DNA of 64,000 bases from an uncultured Candidatus Rokubacteria bacterium (GTDB taxonomy: Bacteria; Methylomirabilota; Methylomirabilia; Rokubacteriales; DASRDR01), in contig CAWDVE010000010.1 of NCBI GenBank assembly GCA_963805625.1, positions 1,120,001-1,184,000 of the forward strand, written 5' to 3'. Made by a program: the position numbers and the translations under genes. Numbering within the stretch: position 1 is the first letter of the stretch; every line of letters begins with the position of its first letter. Shown here in pieces: positions 20,320 to 31,253 of this stretch. The notes beneath the pieces are model-generated. The model was not told the DNA's origin, ran no database searches, and saw only the letters and a list, made by a program, of their open reading frames with translations.

Positions 20320-21272
20320 GACTGGGCCCCCAGCGCCACCAGCGCCTTGTCGAGGCCCGCCACGTCCTCGACCGCAATACCCGTGAGCGCGCCGTCGATC
20401 CGCCTCAGAAGCCCGGTCAGGACCTTCCCCGGCCCAACCTCGATGAACGTGCGGCATCCCTCGCGAGCCATGCGCGCGACGCAGTCCGTCCAGCGGACCG
20501 GCGCCGTCACCTGGCGGACCAGGAAGGGTCGCACGTCGTCCGCCCGCGTGGTGAGCTCGGCGTCCACGTTTCGGACGACGGGCGGCCGCGGATCCGCCAC
20601 GCGCACCCCCGCGAGGACCGCGGCGAGCTGCTCGGCCGCCGGCGTCATGAGGCGGCAGTGGAAGGGGGCGCTCACCGGGAGCAGGACGCTACGCTTCCCG
20701 CCCCGCGCGGGGGCCAGCGCCACGGCGCGCTCGATCGCGCTACGGTGACCCGCGACGACGATCTGCCCCGGGGAGTTGATGTTCGCGACGTCGAGCACTT
20801 CGCCCTGCGCCGCGTCACGGCAGATCTCCTCGACGACCGGCAGCTCCACGCCCAGGATCGCGGCCATCGCCCCCGTCCCGACGGGCACGGCCTCCTGCAT
20901 GAACTCGCCCCGGCGCCGGACGACACCGACGGCTTCCGCGAAGGCGAGGGACCTCGCCGCGACGAGGGCCGTGTACTCGCCCAGGCTGTGGCCGCCGACG
21001 ATCGACGGGACGAGCCCCCACTCCGCGAGGAGCCGGGTGCCTGCGACGCTCACCGTGAGCACGGCGGGCTGAGTGTTGGCGGTGAGCTGGAGCTCGGACT
21101 CTGGCCCTTCGAAGCAAAGCTTCGCGACGTCGAACCCGAGCGCATCGCTGGCTTCCTCGAAGACCGCGCGTGCCGCGGGCGAGGCTTCGTGGAATGCGCG
21201 CCCCATTCCCACGGCCTGCGAGCCCTGGCCTGGGAAGCAGAACGCCAGGCGCGCGTCAGCGGCCACGCGCAT
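20316..21272 (-). CDS. fabD: Malonyl-CoA:ACP transacylase
   Basis: FPGQGSQ, GHSLGE, SAPFH, EVGPGKVL. Confidence 0.95.
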   Translation of the reverse strand: MRVAADARLAFCFPGQGSQAVGMGRAFHEASPAARAVFEEASDALGFDVAKLCFEGPESELQLTANTQPAVLTVSVAGTRLLAEWGLVPSIVGGHSLGEYTALVAARSLAFAEAVGVVRRRGEFMQEAVPVGTGAMAAILGVELPVVEEICRDAAQGEVLDVANINSPGQIVVAGHRSAIERAVALAPARGGKRSVLLPVSAPFHCRLMTPAAEQLAAVLAGVRVADPRPPVVRNVDAELTTRADDVRPFLVRQVTAPVRWTDCVARMAREGCRTFIEVGPGKVLTGLLRRIDGALTGIAVEDVAGLDKALVALGAQS

Positions 21273-21298
21273 AGATGCGCACATGTCCGCGCGCACTG

Positions 21299-22366
21299 TC
21301 AATAGTGACGGGGCGCGTTGGGCTCGGTCGGACCCTCGTCCGCGCGGCCCTTACGCGCCTCGGCCAAGGACTGGCCCAGCTCCCCCGCCAGCGCGGCCCG
21401 GATGTGCCCGTTGACGTCGGCCTTGACCCACTCTGCGGCGGTCCGGATCCCGTTCTTCACGGCCCGGGCCGGCGAAGCGCCGTGACCGATGATGCACGCG
21501 CCGTTGATCCCGAGAAGCGGCGCGCCGCCCGTCTCCGTGTAGTCGACCCGCTTCCAGAGCCGGCGGAAGGCCGGGCGGACAAGCAGCGCCGCCAGCTTCG
21601 TCGACACCGAGCGGCCCATCTCCTCCCGGAGGAGGTGGATCAGCATGTCGGCAAGGCTCTCCGAGACCTTGAGGCACACGTTGCCCGTGAACCCGTCCGT
21701 CACCACCACGTCGGTGTTCCCGTTATACAGATCCCGACCCTCGACGTTCCCGACGAAGTTGATCGGCGACTCGTCGAGGCGCTTGAAGACCTCGCGGACC
21801 AGCTCGTTGCCCTTGCCTTCCTCCTCGCCGACGGACAGTAGGCCCACCCGAGGCTCGGCGACACCGAGGATGTCCCGGGCGTACACGTGCCCCATCACGG
21901 CGTATTGGGCGAGGTGCCACGGCTTGGGATCGATGTTGGCGCCGACGTCGAGCAGGATCGTCCGGCCCCGCTTGTTCGGCAGTACCACCGCGATGGCCGG
22001 ACGGTCGACGCCGGGCAGCACGCCCATCGTGAACATGGCGATGGCCATGGCCGCACCCGTGTTCCCGGCGGAGATGAACGCCGACGCCTCCCCGTCGCGC
22101 ACGAGCGAGGCCGCGACCCGCATCGAGGAGTCGCGCTTGCGCCGGAGGGCGTGGGACGGCTGCTCCCCCATCTCGACCACCTGGGAGGCATGCCGGACGG
22201 TGATGGGGAGCGGGCCCAACCGGTGGCGGGAGAGCTCGCGCTCGATGAGCGTCCGGTCGCCGACAAGGATGACGTCGAGACCGTACTCGCGGGCGGCGGC
22301 GATCGCCCCCTCGCAATTGACGGGCACGCCGCCGTCCCCGCCCATCGCGTCGACGGCGATCTTCAT
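21299..22366 (-). CDS. plsX: Phosphate acyltransferase
   Basis: MKIAVDAMGGD, SAGNTGA, DGFTGNV, GGAPLLGI. Confidence 0.95.
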   Translation of the reverse strand: MKIAVDAMGGDGGVPVNCEGAIAAAREYGLDVILVGDRTLIERELSRHRLGPLPITVRHASQVVEMGEQPSHALRRKRDSSMRVAASLVRDGEASAFISAGNTGAAMAIAMFTMGVLPGVDRPAIAVVLPNKRGRTILLDVGANIDPKPWHLAQYAVMGHVYARDILGVAEPRVGLLSVGEEEGKGNELVREVFKRLDESPINFVGNVEGRDLYNGNTDVVVTDGFTGNVCLKVSESLADMLIHLLREEMGRSVSTKLAALLVRPAFRRLWKRVDYTETGGAPLLGINGACIIGHGASPARAVKNGIRTAAEWVKADVNGHIRAALAGELGQSLAEARKGRADEGPTEPNAPRHY

Positions 22367-22407
22367 CGGCCGATCACCCGGCGGCGCCGGGGCATCGAGC
22401 GCGGCGC

Positions 22408-22590
22408 CTAGGCGCCTTCGGTGGAGATGACCTCTCGTCCCCTGTAGTACCCGCAGTGGGGACAGACGTGGTGGGGAACCTTGGGCTCGCGGCACTGTGG
22501 GCAGATCGAGAGCGTGGGGGCCTCCAGCTTGTAGTGCGTGCGGCGCTTCCGGCCGCGCGTGATCGAGTGTCGCCGCTTGGGCAGGGGCAT
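22408..22590 (-). CDS. rpmF: 50S ribosomal protein L32 (Zn-ribbon form)
   Basis: PKRRHS...CPQC...HHVCPHCGYY. Confidence 0.97.
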   Translation of the reverse strand: MPLPKRRHSITRGRKRRTHYKLEAPTLSICPQCREPKVPHHVCPHCGYYRGREVISTEGA

Positions 22591-22602
22591 GGGTCCGATC
22601 TC

Positions 22603-23109
22603 CTATTGGAGGCGCCGGAGCGCCTCGAGCGGTGCCAGCCGCGGATCGGTCTCGCGCGTCTCGCACCGGCACTCGGTAACGTTGCGGTTGCCGCCGCACA
22701 CCGGGCAAAGCCCCCGGCAATCAGGACGGCAGAGGGGTTTCATCGGCAAGGCCAGATCGGTCTCGCTCCGCAGGAGCCCCGCGACGTCCAGGACGTCTCC
22801 CTGGTAGAAGTCCACTTCCAGGTCGTCCCGCCCGAGCTCGACCTGTCCCTGGCGACTGTTGGGCTGAGGGACGAGCTGAAGGTCGACCACGGGCTCGACA
22901 CGCGTCACGAGGGACTCGAGGCACCGGCTGCACAGGAGGAACGCGGTCGCCTCGAACCGCCCGACGACCGCCACCTTCTCCCCGAGCCGCTCGACGAGGA
23001 GGTCGACGGCGTCGAGAGTCCAGGACGAGTCCGGATAGACTCCTCCGAGGGCGGCCGGATCGAGCAGCCGGAGGCCGTCGTCGGGGATCTCTGAGACACG
23101 GATCTGCAT
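22603..23109 (-). CDS. yceD: YceD/DUF177 ribosome-associated protein
   Basis: CSRCL, PMKPLCRPDCRGLCPVCG, DPRLAPL; upstream of rpmF. Confidence 0.9.
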   Translation of the reverse strand: MQIRVSEIPDDGLRLLDPAALGGVYPDSSWTLDAVDLLVERLGEKVAVVGRFEATAFLLCSRCLESLVTRVEPVVDLQLVPQPNSRQGQVELGRDDLEVDFYQGDVLDVAGLLRSETDLALPMKPLCRPDCRGLCPVCGGNRNVTECRCETRETDPRLAPLEALRRLQ

Positions 23110-23177
23110 GCGTAGCTCGCCTGAGACGTCAGTGGACGGATAAGTGTTGATTAAATCGATCTTTCTAAGGCGGTCGC

Positions 23178-23206
23178 AGTATACGGGCCGGCCCTGGGGG
23201 TGTCAA
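23178..23206 (-). promoter_or_regulatory. Sigma70 promoter of the yceD-rpmF-plsX-fab operon
   Basis: TTGACA (23206-23201), 17 bp spacer, TATACT (23183-23178). Confidence 0.85.
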
Positions 23207-23257
23207 GGGAAAAGGCGGCGAGGGCCCTGGCCGACTCCCACGCGACACCCCCGCTCG

Positions 23258-23286
23258 TTGACGCTCGGGGGGGCGTCTGCTAGGTT
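23258..23286 (+). promoter_or_regulatory. Sigma70 promoter of htpX
   Basis: TTGACG, 17 bp spacer, TAGGTT with TG extension. Confidence 0.65.
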
Positions 23287-23349
23287 TCCAGGTGACACCT
23301 GATGAGCGGCAGGGGGCGATCCCTGTCCGCGGAGCGAGGGAAGCTGACG

Positions 23350-24198
23350 ATGAGCAACATGCTGAAGACGACCGTGTTCCTGGCCCTCCTGACTGGCCTG
23401 TTCATCGCCGTGGGCGGCCTCCTCGGGGGCCGGAGCGGCATGATGATGGCGTTCGTGTTCGCGCTGATCATGAACTTCGTGTCGTACTGGTTCTCGGACA
23501 AGATCGTCCTGAAGATGTACCGCGCCCAGCCCATCGGGGAGTCCGAGGCGCCGGTGGTGCACCGGATCGTGCGGAACCTGGCCACGCGGGCAGGCATTCC
23601 CATGCCGAAGCTCTACCTGATTCCCTCGGAGTCGCCGAACGCCTTCGCCACCGGGCGGAACCCGCAGCACGCCGCGGTGGCGGTGACCCACGGCATCATG
23701 CGAATCATGGACGAGACGGAGCTCGAGGGGGTGCTCGCCCACGAGCTCTCCCACGTCCTCAACCGGGACATCCTGATCTCGACGATCGCCGCGACGGTGG
23801 CCGGCGCGATCTCGATGCTTGCCAACATGGCCCAGTGGGGGCTGATGTTCGGGGGCTCCCGCCACGACGACGAGGGCCGGGGCACCAACCCGATCGCGCT
23901 GCTCCTGACGGTCATCCTGGCGCCGCTGGCCGCAATGCTCATCCAGATGGCGGTGTCCCGCTCGCGCGAGTACCAAGCTGACGCCTCCGGAGCCCAGCTG
24001 ACCCGCAACCCGAACGGCCTCGCGTCGGCGCTGACCAAGCTGGGCCAGGCGAGCCGGATCGTGCCCATGGACGCCAACCCGGCGACCGCACACCTGTTCA
24101 TCGTGAACCCGCTCAGCGGGCGCTCGCTGAGCAATCTCTTCGCGACTCACCCGCCGCTCGAGGAGCGTATCGCTCGGCTGCGGGCCATGCGCGTCTAG
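23350..24198 (+). CDS. htpX: Zinc metalloprotease HtpX
   Basis: [30 protein letters not shown]. Confidence 0.95.
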   Translation: MSNMLKTTVFLALLTGLFIAVGGLLGGRSGMMMAFVFALIMNFVSYWFSDKIVLKMYRAQPIGESEAPVVHRIVRNLATRAGIPMPKLYLIPSESPNAFATGRNPQHAAVAVTHGIMRIMDETELEGVLAHELSHVLNRDILISTIAATVAGAISMLANMAQWGLMFGGSRHDDEGRGTNPIALLLTVILAPLAAMLIQMAVSRSREYQADASGAQLTRNPNGLASALTKLGQASRIVPMDANPATAHLFIVNPLSGRSLSNLFATHPPLEERIARLRAMRV

Positions 24199-24325
24199 AT
24201 CAGCCGGGTCTCCGGCCCTTCAATGCGGCCGCAGGTCCCCCGAGAGTGGGGCCTGCGGCCGTTGCGTTCCAGGAACGAGATTCCTGCGTGACCGGACCCC
24301 TGGCTCGGCCGTACCCTAGGCTCCG

Positions 24326-25030
24326 ATGATCCAGACCAGCGGACTCGTGAAGCTCTACGGGATGCACGCCGCGCTGCGCGGCGTGACGCTGGAGGTCCCG
24401 TCGGGACAGATCCTGACCATCCTCGGCCACAATGGCTCCGGGAAGACGACGCTCGTGCGGCTCCTGGCCACCCTGGCGCGACCCACGGCCGGGCGCGGGC
24501 GAATCGGAGGCCACGACCTGATCGACGGGCGGGACGAGGTGCGCCGGCTGGTGGCACTCGTGGGGCACAGCACCCACCTCTACGACGACCTCACGCCCCG
24601 GGAGAACCTGGCTTTCTGGGAGGCCCTCGCCGGCCGCCGGGCTGACGCGGACCAGATCGACGCGGCGCTCGCGAGGGTCGGCCTCGACGCCCAGGCCGGC
24701 ACCCGCGTGCGCGCGCTCTCGAGCGGCCTCCGGCGGCGCGTGGCCCTGGCGCGGGCCATGCTCCGCGAGCCCCGGGTGCTGCTCCTCGACGAGGCCTTCT
24801 CGGGGCTCGATCAGGACAGCACCAAGCGTCTCGAGGACTACCTCCACGCCTTCAAGGCCGGAGGCGGCGCCGCGGTGGTGGTCACCCACAGCCTCGGGCG
24901 TGCCCTCGCCATCGCCGACCGCGTGGCGGTCCTCGCCGGGGGCCGCATCGCGGCCGAGGCGACCCGCGCGAGTCTCACCGAGGAGGCCCTCCAGCGGCTC
25001 TACCTCGGTGCCACGGAGGCGACGACGTGA
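24326..25030 (+). CDS. ccmA: Heme exporter ATP-binding subunit
   Basis: GHNGSGKT, LSSGLRRR, LLLDE; precedes ccmB and ccmC. Confidence 0.9.
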   Translation: MIQTSGLVKLYGMHAALRGVTLEVPSGQILTILGHNGSGKTTLVRLLATLARPTAGRGRIGGHDLIDGRDEVRRLVALVGHSTHLYDDLTPRENLAFWEALAGRRADADQIDAALARVGLDAQAGTRVRALSSGLRRRVALARAMLREPRVLLLDEAFSGLDQDSTKRLEDYLHAFKAGGGAAVVVTHSLGRALAIADRVAVLAGGRIAAEATRASLTEEALQRLYLGATEATT

Positions 25031-25046
25031 AGGGGAAGGCCGGGGC

Positions 25047-25727
25047 GTGAGCTCGTTCCTTCGCACGGCGTGGGCGGTCTTCTGGAAGGACCTGGCGATC
25101 GAGCGGCGGGCGAAGGAGGGCGCCAACGCGCTCGGATTCTTCGCGATTCTGCTTCTCTTCCTCTTCTACTTCGCCCTCGGGCCCGACGGTGACCGCATCC
25201 GCGCCGCGCTCCCCGGTCTGTTCTGGCTCGCGTTCATCCTGGCCGGGGTGCTCGGGCTCGGCCGCGCCTTTGCGCTCGAGCGCGAGAACGACTGCCTGGA
25301 CGGGCTCATCATGACGCCGGCCGACAAGGGGGCGATCTATCTCGGCAAGCTCGCGGGAACGACGGCGCTGATGCTGGCGATGGAAGTGGTCTTCGTCACG
25401 GCGACGGGGATCTTCTACAACCTCGACATCTGGGCGGCGGTGCCCCGCCTGCTTCTGGTCGCCCTGGCGGGCACGATCGGGTTCGCAGCCGTGGGGACCC
25501 TGTTCGCCGCCATGACCGCCCACCTCCGCGCCCGGGAGGTACTGCTCCCGGTGCTCCTGCTGCCGCTTGCGGTGCCGGTCCTCCTCGCCGCCGTGAAGCT
25601 GACGGACCTCGCGCTGGCGGGCGAAGGCTGGGGCCCCGCGTGGCCATGGTGGCAGCTGCTGCTCGGCTTCGACATCGTGTTCCTGGTCGCCGGGCTCCTC
25701 ACCTTCGAGTTCGTCCTGGAGGCCTGA
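25047..25727 (+). CDS. ccmB: Heme exporter permease
   Basis: KDLAIE, ERENDCLDGL, IYLGK, LLPVLLLPLAVPVL. Confidence 0.9.
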   Translation: MSSFLRTAWAVFWKDLAIERRAKEGANALGFFAILLLFLFYFALGPDGDRIRAALPGLFWLAFILAGVLGLGRAFALERENDCLDGLIMTPADKGAIYLGKLAGTTALMLAMEVVFVTATGIFYNLDIWAAVPRLLLVALAGTIGFAAVGTLFAAMTAHLRAREVLLPVLLLPLAVPVLLAAVKLTDLALAGEGWGPAWPWWQLLLGFDIVFLVAGLLTFEFVLEA

Positions 25728-25729
25728 GC

Positions 25730-26395
25730 GTGCACCGGATCCTCGGCGGGCTGGCGGCGGTCCTCCTCGCGGTCGGACTCTGGCTCGGCCTGGGCGTGGC
25801 GCCCCGGGACGCGGTGCAGGGCAACGTGCAGCGGATCATGTACGTCCACGTCCCCGCGATCCTGACCGGCTACGTCGCGATCGGCCTCGTCCTGGTGGCG
25901 AGCGTGGCCTACCTGTGGACACGCCGGGCGGCCTGGGACCGCGTGGCCGCCGCCGGCGGCGAGCTGGCCGTCTGCTTCGTGGGGCTCACGCTGGCCACCG
26001 GATCGATCTGGGGCAAGCCCACATGGGGCACGTGGTGGACCTGGGACGCGCGGCTCACCTCGACCGCGCTCCTGTTCGTGATCTACCTCGGCTACCTGCT
26101 CCTCCGGAGCGTCGTGGAGGACCCCGAGCGCGCGGCGACCTATGCCGCGGTGCTCGGAATCGTCGGCGCGCTGGACGTCCCGATCATCCACTTCTCCGTC
26201 GAGTGGTGGCGCACGCTCCACCAGCCGGCGACCATGCTGAAGCCCCAGGCCCCCTCGATGGATCCGGTGATGCTCCGGGCGCTCCTAGTGAACGTCGCCG
26301 CCTTCCTGGCGACGTTCTCGTACCTAGCGATGCGGCGGTATCGGCTGCTGACGCTGCGCGCCGAGGCTCTCGCGCGAGCGATCGGGGATCCCTAG
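25730..26395 (+). CDS. ccmC: Heme exporter / cytochrome c biogenesis protein
   Basis: YVHVP, WGKPTWGTWWTWDARLT (WWD domain), WWRTLHQ. Confidence 0.95.
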   Translation: MHRILGGLAAVLLAVGLWLGLGVAPRDAVQGNVQRIMYVHVPAILTGYVAIGLVLVASVAYLWTRRAAWDRVAAAGGELAVCFVGLTLATGSIWGKPTWGTWWTWDARLTSTALLFVIYLGYLLLRSVVEDPERAATYAAVLGIVGALDVPIIHFSVEWWRTLHQPATMLKPQAPSMDPVMLRALLVNVAAFLATFSYLAMRRYRLLTLRAEALARAIGDP

Positions 26396-27006
26396 GAAGC
26401 CGCGCCCCGCGGCGCAAGCGGCACGCCGTGCGCGCGGGCCGAGGCGACGACCTCGAAGGTTCGGTCTGCCTCCACCTCGCCGTTGACGGCGATCTCCACT
26501 CTCCAGCGGCCAGGTCTGATCGTCCTTACCTCGAGCCAGAAATCCCCCGTCAAGACAAAGCCCGGGAGTGCGAGCTCCGAGCTGAGAAGACGCTTTGTCA
26601 TCCGGGCGGTCATACCACCATCCGGGCCGAACCATCGGACGCGCATCTCGTAGGAGCGGCCCGGCTCGACGTTGCCCAACGTGACGAAGACGTGAACTCT
26701 TTCGTTTTCACTTTGCGAGAACTGCTCGCGCGGTTCCCCCGGAATTGCTCGGCTGCGACAGTCCGTCTCACCGCTCTGCTCACATGCGGCGATCACGGCC
26801 TTCATGCGGGGCTCGAGCGTCTGCTCTCGGGAGCGTGGCTCCCACCGAACCGACGAGGTAAGGAGCACCGTGACAACACCTGGACGGCCACCGGTGGGCG
26901 CGTCCCCCGTACGGGACGTCACCGCCGATGCGCACCCCGCAAGAAGTGCCGCAGCGCACACGCCTCCAACCCGGCGGCTGAAGAGACGGCTCGATCTGTG
27001 CCGCAG
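26392..27006 (-). CDS. Hypothetical lipoprotein with Ig-like C-terminal domain; proposed CTG start
   Basis: LLAGC lipobox. Extending to CTG at 27006 adds a basic n-region (RHRSSRLFSRR). PGRWRVEIAVNGE beta motif. Visibly more AT-rich than its neighbours. Confidence 0.6.
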   Translation of the reverse strand: MRHRSSRLFSRRVGGVCAAALLAGCASAVTSRTGDAPTGGRPGVVTVLLTSSVRWEPRSREQTLEPRMKAVIAACEQSGETDCRSRAIPGEPREQFSQSENERVHVFVTLGNVEPGRSYEMRVRWFGPDGGMTARMTKRLLSSELALPGFVLTGDFWLEVRTIRPGRWRVEIAVNGEVEADRTFEVVASARAHGVPLAPRGAAS

Positions 27007-27048
27007 GACGACGGCCCGCGGCCGGCATCGCTAGGCGTCGGGACGGCG

Positions 27049-28287
27049 TCAAGGCGCCTCGGTAGTCCAGAAGAACTCGCGCCGCCCGCCGCGTGGAACG
27101 ACCACGAGGCCCGACGGATCGACACGGTAGCGCTCCCGGTCGGCGGCGGAGTCGAGGCCCAGCTGATACCCCGCCGGGATGATGTTGTAGCGGTCGACGA
27201 TGGCGCGCCGGAGATGAGCTCCCTTCCCCACCGACGTGAAGTCCATCACGATCGAGTCCTCGATCACCGCGCCCTCGTTCACCCACACGCCGCGCCCCAG
27301 GATCGAGTTCCGGATGGTGGCCCGCACCACGAGAGAGCCCTCACCCAGTTGAGCGTTCTCGAACTCCCCCCCGGTGATCCGCGCCGGCGGCCCGTCGTAG
27401 CGGCCCGCATGGATCGGCCAGCGCCGGTTGTCGAGGTCGAAGGCGGGCGTCTCCCCCAGGAGGTCCATGTGCGCGCGCCAGTACGCCTCGAGCCCCCCCA
27501 CGTCCCGCCAGTAACCAGGCTCCTCGTAGGGCTTGATCCCGGGCACCGCGTTCCCCTGGAAGTCGTAGGCGAAGACCCGCGCGGCCGGGACCAGCGCCGG
27601 GATGATGCTCTTCCCGAAGTCGTGGTCGGTGTTCTGGCGGGCGTCGGCGAGGAGCGCCTCGACGAGGACTCGCCGGGAGAAGAGGTAGTTTCCCATCGAC
27701 ACGAGCGCCTGCCGGGGGTTCCCGGGCAGGGCCCGCGGAGCCGTCGGCTTCTCGACGAAGTCGACGACGCGGCCGGTCGCGTCGACAGCGAGATTGCCGA
27801 AGCTCGACGCCTCGGACACCGGTACCGGGCGCGCCGCAACCGTGACGTCCGCGTCGTGCTCCCGGTGGAACGCCACCATCTGGTTCACGTCCATGCGGTA
27901 GATGTGATCCGCGCCGAACACGGCCACCAGGTCGGGGTCAAAGTCGTCGATCAGGTTGAGGTTCTGGAGGACGGCATCCGCGCTGCCGCGGAACCACACC
28001 TCGCCGATGCGCATCTGCGGCGGCACGACGGCGATGAAGTGGTCCGGCACCAGGCCGCTCGTCTGCCACGCGATGCGCAGATGCTCGATCAGCGACTGCG
28101 ACATGTACTGGACCAGGACGTAGAGCGAGAGGATGCGGGAGTTCACGAAGTTCGACAGTACGAAATCGACGATCCGGTAGCGCCCGCCGAACGGCACCGC
28201 GGGCTTGCTGCGCTCGCGTGTGAGGGGCTCGAGACGCGAGCCCCTCCCTCCGGCGAGAATCAGGGCGAGAACGCGGTCTCGCGGCAT
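27049..28287 (-). CDS. glgC: Glucose-1-phosphate adenylyltransferase
   Basis: LAGGRGSRL, RSKPAVPFGG, ADHIYRMD, FVEKP, DFGK, YWRDVG. Confidence 0.96.
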   Translation of the reverse strand: MPRDRVLALILAGGRGSRLEPLTRERSKPAVPFGGRYRIVDFVLSNFVNSRILSLYVLVQYMSQSLIEHLRIAWQTSGLVPDHFIAVVPPQMRIGEVWFRGSADAVLQNLNLIDDFDPDLVAVFGADHIYRMDVNQMVAFHREHDADVTVAARPVPVSEASSFGNLAVDATGRVVDFVEKPTAPRALPGNPRQALVSMGNYLFSRRVLVEALLADARQNTDHDFGKSIIPALVPAARVFAYDFQGNAVPGIKPYEEPGYWRDVGGLEAYWRAHMDLLGETPAFDLDNRRWPIHAGRYDGPPARITGGEFENAQLGEGSLVVRATIRNSILGRGVWVNEGAVIEDSIVMDFTSVGKGAHLRRAIVDRYNIIPAGYQLGLDSAADRERYRVDPSGLVVVPRGGRREFFWTTEAP

Positions 28288-28348
28288 CGATGAGCCCTCG
28301 GGGCGCCGGGCATCCGAGTGGCGTCCCGGCAGCGCGTCCGGGAGTATA

Positions 28349-30598
28349 TCAGGCCGGCCCGGGCTTGAGCATCACCACGCCGAGCGGCGGGAGGGTGAGC
28401 GTCACCGACCACGGCTGGCCGATCCACGGCCGGGGCTCCGCCCTGACGCCGCCCGCGTTGCCGAGGTTGCTCCCTCCGTAGTAGGCGGCGTCTGTGTTGA
28501 GCAGCTCCCGGTAGAAGCCCTCCACCGGCACGCCGACGCGGTAGCCGTGCCGGGGAACCGGCGTGAAGTTGCACGCGACGAGCACGAAGTCTCGGGCGTC
28601 GCGCGCGCGCCGGACGAAGGCCACGACGCTCTGGTCGGCATCCGAGCAGTCCATCCACTCGAAGCCGGCCGGCTCGAAGTCGACCTGGTGGAGCGCCGGC
28701 TCCGCCCGGTACACGCGGTTCAGGTCCCGGACGAGGCGCTGGAGCCCGCGGTGGTACGGCCCCTGGTCGAGGAGGTGCCAATCCAGACTCGTATCGTGAT
28801 TCCACTCGCGCGTCTGCCCGAACTCGCCGCCCATGAAGAGATGCTTCTTGCCGGGGTGCCCGTACATGAACCCATAGAGGGCGCGGAGCCCGGCAAACTT
28901 CTGCCAGTCGTCACCCGGCATCTTGCCGTGGAGCGAGCCCTTGCGGTGGACCACCTCGTCGTGGGACAGCGGAAGCACGAAGTTCTCGTGCCACGCGTAG
29001 AGCAGCCCGAACGTGATCTGGTTGTGATGGTATTTCCGGTGAACCGGATCGAGTCTCATGTAGTCGAGGATGTCGTGCATCCAGCCCATGTTCCACTTGA
29101 ACCCGAATCCGAGCCCGCCGACGTACGTGGGGCGCGAGACCATCGGCCACGACGTCGACTCCTCGGCGATGGTCATCGCGGCCGGGTGATACCGATAGAC
29201 GACCTCGTTGAACTGCCGGATGAAGGCGATCGCCTCCAGGTTCTGGTTGCCCCCGTGGCGGTTCGGCAGCCACTCGCCCGGCTGCTTCGAGTAGTCGAGG
29301 TAGAGCATCGAGGCGACCGCGTCCACCCTGAGCCCGTCCAGGTGGTAGCGTCCGAGCCAGTAGAGCGCGTTGCCGATGAGGTAGTTGGCGACCTCGTGGC
29401 GGCCGTAGTTGAAGACCAGCGTCCCCCAGTCCGTCTGCTCGCGCTGTCGCGGGTCCGCGTGCTCGTAGAGGTGGGTACCGTCGAAGTAAACGAGACCGTG
29501 AGGGTCGCGCGGAAAGTGGGCCGGCACCCAGTCGAGGATGACGCCGATCCCGCGGCGGTGGAGCGCGTCCACGAAGGCCATGAAGTCCTTCGCCGTCCCG
29601 TACCGGCGGGTCGGCGCGAAGGCGCCGATCTGCTGGTAGCCCCACGATCCGTAGAAGGGGTGCTCGCCAATCGGCAAGAGCTCCACGTGGGTGTAGCCCA
29701 GGTCGCGAACGTAGTCCCCGAGCGCCTCGCCGAGCTCCCGGTAGGTGAGGAACCGGTTTCCTTCCTCGGGGACGCGCCGCCACGATCCCAGGTGGACCTC
29801 GTAGATCGAGATGGGCGCGTCCAGCGCGTTCCGGCGCGCTCGCTCGGCCGCCCAGGCCCCGTCGTCCCAGGGGTGCCCGTCGAGCGAGGCCACGACCGAG
29901 GCGGTGCGCGGCTCCTCGACCTCGAACTCGAAGGCGAAGGGATCCGCCTTCAGGGCGAGCAGCGCCCCCTCCTGCGCCAGGATCTCGAACTTGTAGCGGC
30001 TCCCCTCGCCGAGCCCGGGAACGAAGAGCTCCCAGATGCCGGCGCCGGGATGGCGACGCATCGGGTGTCGCCGGCCATCCCAGCCGTTGAAGTCGCCCAC
30101 GACGCTCACGCGTCGGGCGTTCGGTGCCCACACGGCGAACACCACGCCCGCCACGCCGTCCAGAACGGTCGCGTGGGCGCCGAGCTTCTCGTAGGCCTGG
30201 TAGTGCGTACCCTCGCCGAGGAGCAGACGGTCGAAGTCCGACAGCGTCGACGGGAACCGGTACGGGTCCTCGATCTCCCGGACGCGCCCGGAGGCGTCGG
30301 TCACCGCGAGGCCATACCGGAAGAGCGCCGCGCGCCGGGGAAACGTCGCCTCGAAAAGCCCGTCCGGATGCAGGCGCTCCATCTCGCGAGGAGCGACGCC
30401 GGGCTCCCCCGGGCGGACCTCGGCCCCGACCGCCCCGGGAAGGAACGCGCGGATCGCGACCGCCGTCGCCCTACCCTCGCGGCAGACATGGGGACCCAGG
30501 ACGGCGAAGGGATCCGGATGCCGGCCCGCCACCAGGGCCTCCACGTCCGAGGCCGGCAAGGAGCCGCGAACCGCCGATGGGCCCATGTCCTCGCCCAT
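28349..30598 (-). CDS. glgB: 1,4-alpha-glucan branching enzyme
   Basis: [41 protein letters not shown]. Confidence 0.97.
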   Translation of the reverse strand: MGEDMGPSAVRGSLPASDVEALVAGRHPDPFAVLGPHVCREGRATAVAIRAFLPGAVGAEVRPGEPGVAPREMERLHPDGLFEATFPRRAALFRYGLAVTDASGRVREIEDPYRFPSTLSDFDRLLLGEGTHYQAYEKLGAHATVLDGVAGVVFAVWAPNARRVSVVGDFNGWDGRRHPMRRHPGAGIWELFVPGLGEGSRYKFEILAQEGALLALKADPFAFEFEVEEPRTASVVASLDGHPWDDGAWAAERARRNALDAPISIYEVHLGSWRRVPEEGNRFLTYRELGEALGDYVRDLGYTHVELLPIGEHPFYGSWGYQQIGAFAPTRRYGTAKDFMAFVDALHRRGIGVILDWVPAHFPRDPHGLVYFDGTHLYEHADPRQREQTDWGTLVFNYGRHEVANYLIGNALYWLGRYHLDGLRVDAVASMLYLDYSKQPGEWLPNRHGGNQNLEAIAFIRQFNEVVYRYHPAAMTIAEESTSWPMVSRPTYVGGLGFGFKWNMGWMHDILDYMRLDPVHRKYHHNQITFGLLYAWHENFVLPLSHDEVVHRKGSLHGKMPGDDWQKFAGLRALYGFMYGHPGKKHLFMGGEFGQTREWNHDTSLDWHLLDQGPYHRGLQRLVRDLNRVYRAEPALHQVDFEPAGFEWMDCSDADQSVVAFVRRARDARDFVLVACNFTPVPRHGYRVGVPVEGFYRELLNTDAAYYGGSNLGNAGGVRAEPRPWIGQPWSVTLTLPPLGVVMLKPGPA

Positions 30599-30651
30599 GT
30601 GGTCGATTGTACGCGGACCGGCGCTGCGAGGACGCGGGTATACTACGTTCG

Positions 30652-30789
30652 ATGAGCCATTGGACGTTCGTGCTGGGCGCGTACGTGCTGGTCTTCGGCG
30701 TCCTCGTCACGTACTGGTGGCGCGTGGAATCCGGGATCCGGATGCTCGAGCGCGAGATGGAAAGCCGGCCCGCGGGAGGGCGGCCATGA
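30652..30789 (+). CDS. ccmD: Heme exporter protein D
   Basis: 45 aa [24 protein letters not shown]..., with TM plus charged tail; stop overlaps the ccmE ATG. Confidence 0.8.
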   Translation: MSHWTFVLGAYVLVFGVLVTYWWRVESGIRMLEREMESRPAGGRP

Positions 30790-31253
30790 TCCGGCGGCGC
30801 CGCCTCCTTCTGGGCGCCGGGGTCATCGTCCTCGCGCTCGCCGCGCTCATCCTCACCGGCGTCAGGCAGTCGGTGGTTTACTTCGTCACCCCGTCCGAGC
30901 TCATGGCCGAGGACCGCCCTGCCGGGCGCGCCTACCGCCTGGGCGGCATGGTGGTCCAGGGCTCGCTCAAGCAGGACCCCGCCGTGCACGAGCAGCGGTT
31001 CCTCCTGACCGACGGCAAGGCGTCCGTCCCCGTCTACCACCGTGGCATCCCGCCGGACCTCTTCGGCGAGGGTCGCGGGGCCGTCGTGGAAGGAAAGCTC
31101 GGCGCCGACGGGACGTTCCAGGCCAGCACGATCATGGCGAAGCACTCCGAGGAGTACCGGGCACCGGCGGGGAGCGTGCCGGGCCACGAGGAGCTTCTCC
31201 GGACCCTCCGGCCGCCCGGCGGCAGCGCTGGCGGGAGCGGCGCGCCCCGGTGA
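30786..31253 (+). CDS. ccmE: Heme chaperone
   Basis: VYFVTPSE, RLGGMV, PDLFGEG, AKHSEEY (HxxxY). Confidence 0.95.
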   Translation: MIRRRRLLLGAGVIVLALAALILTGVRQSVVYFVTPSELMAEDRPAGRAYRLGGMVVQGSLKQDPAVHEQRFLLTDGKASVPVYHRGIPPDLFGEGRGAVVEGKLGADGTFQASTIMAKHSEEYRAPAGSVPGHEELLRTLRPPGGSAGGSGAPR

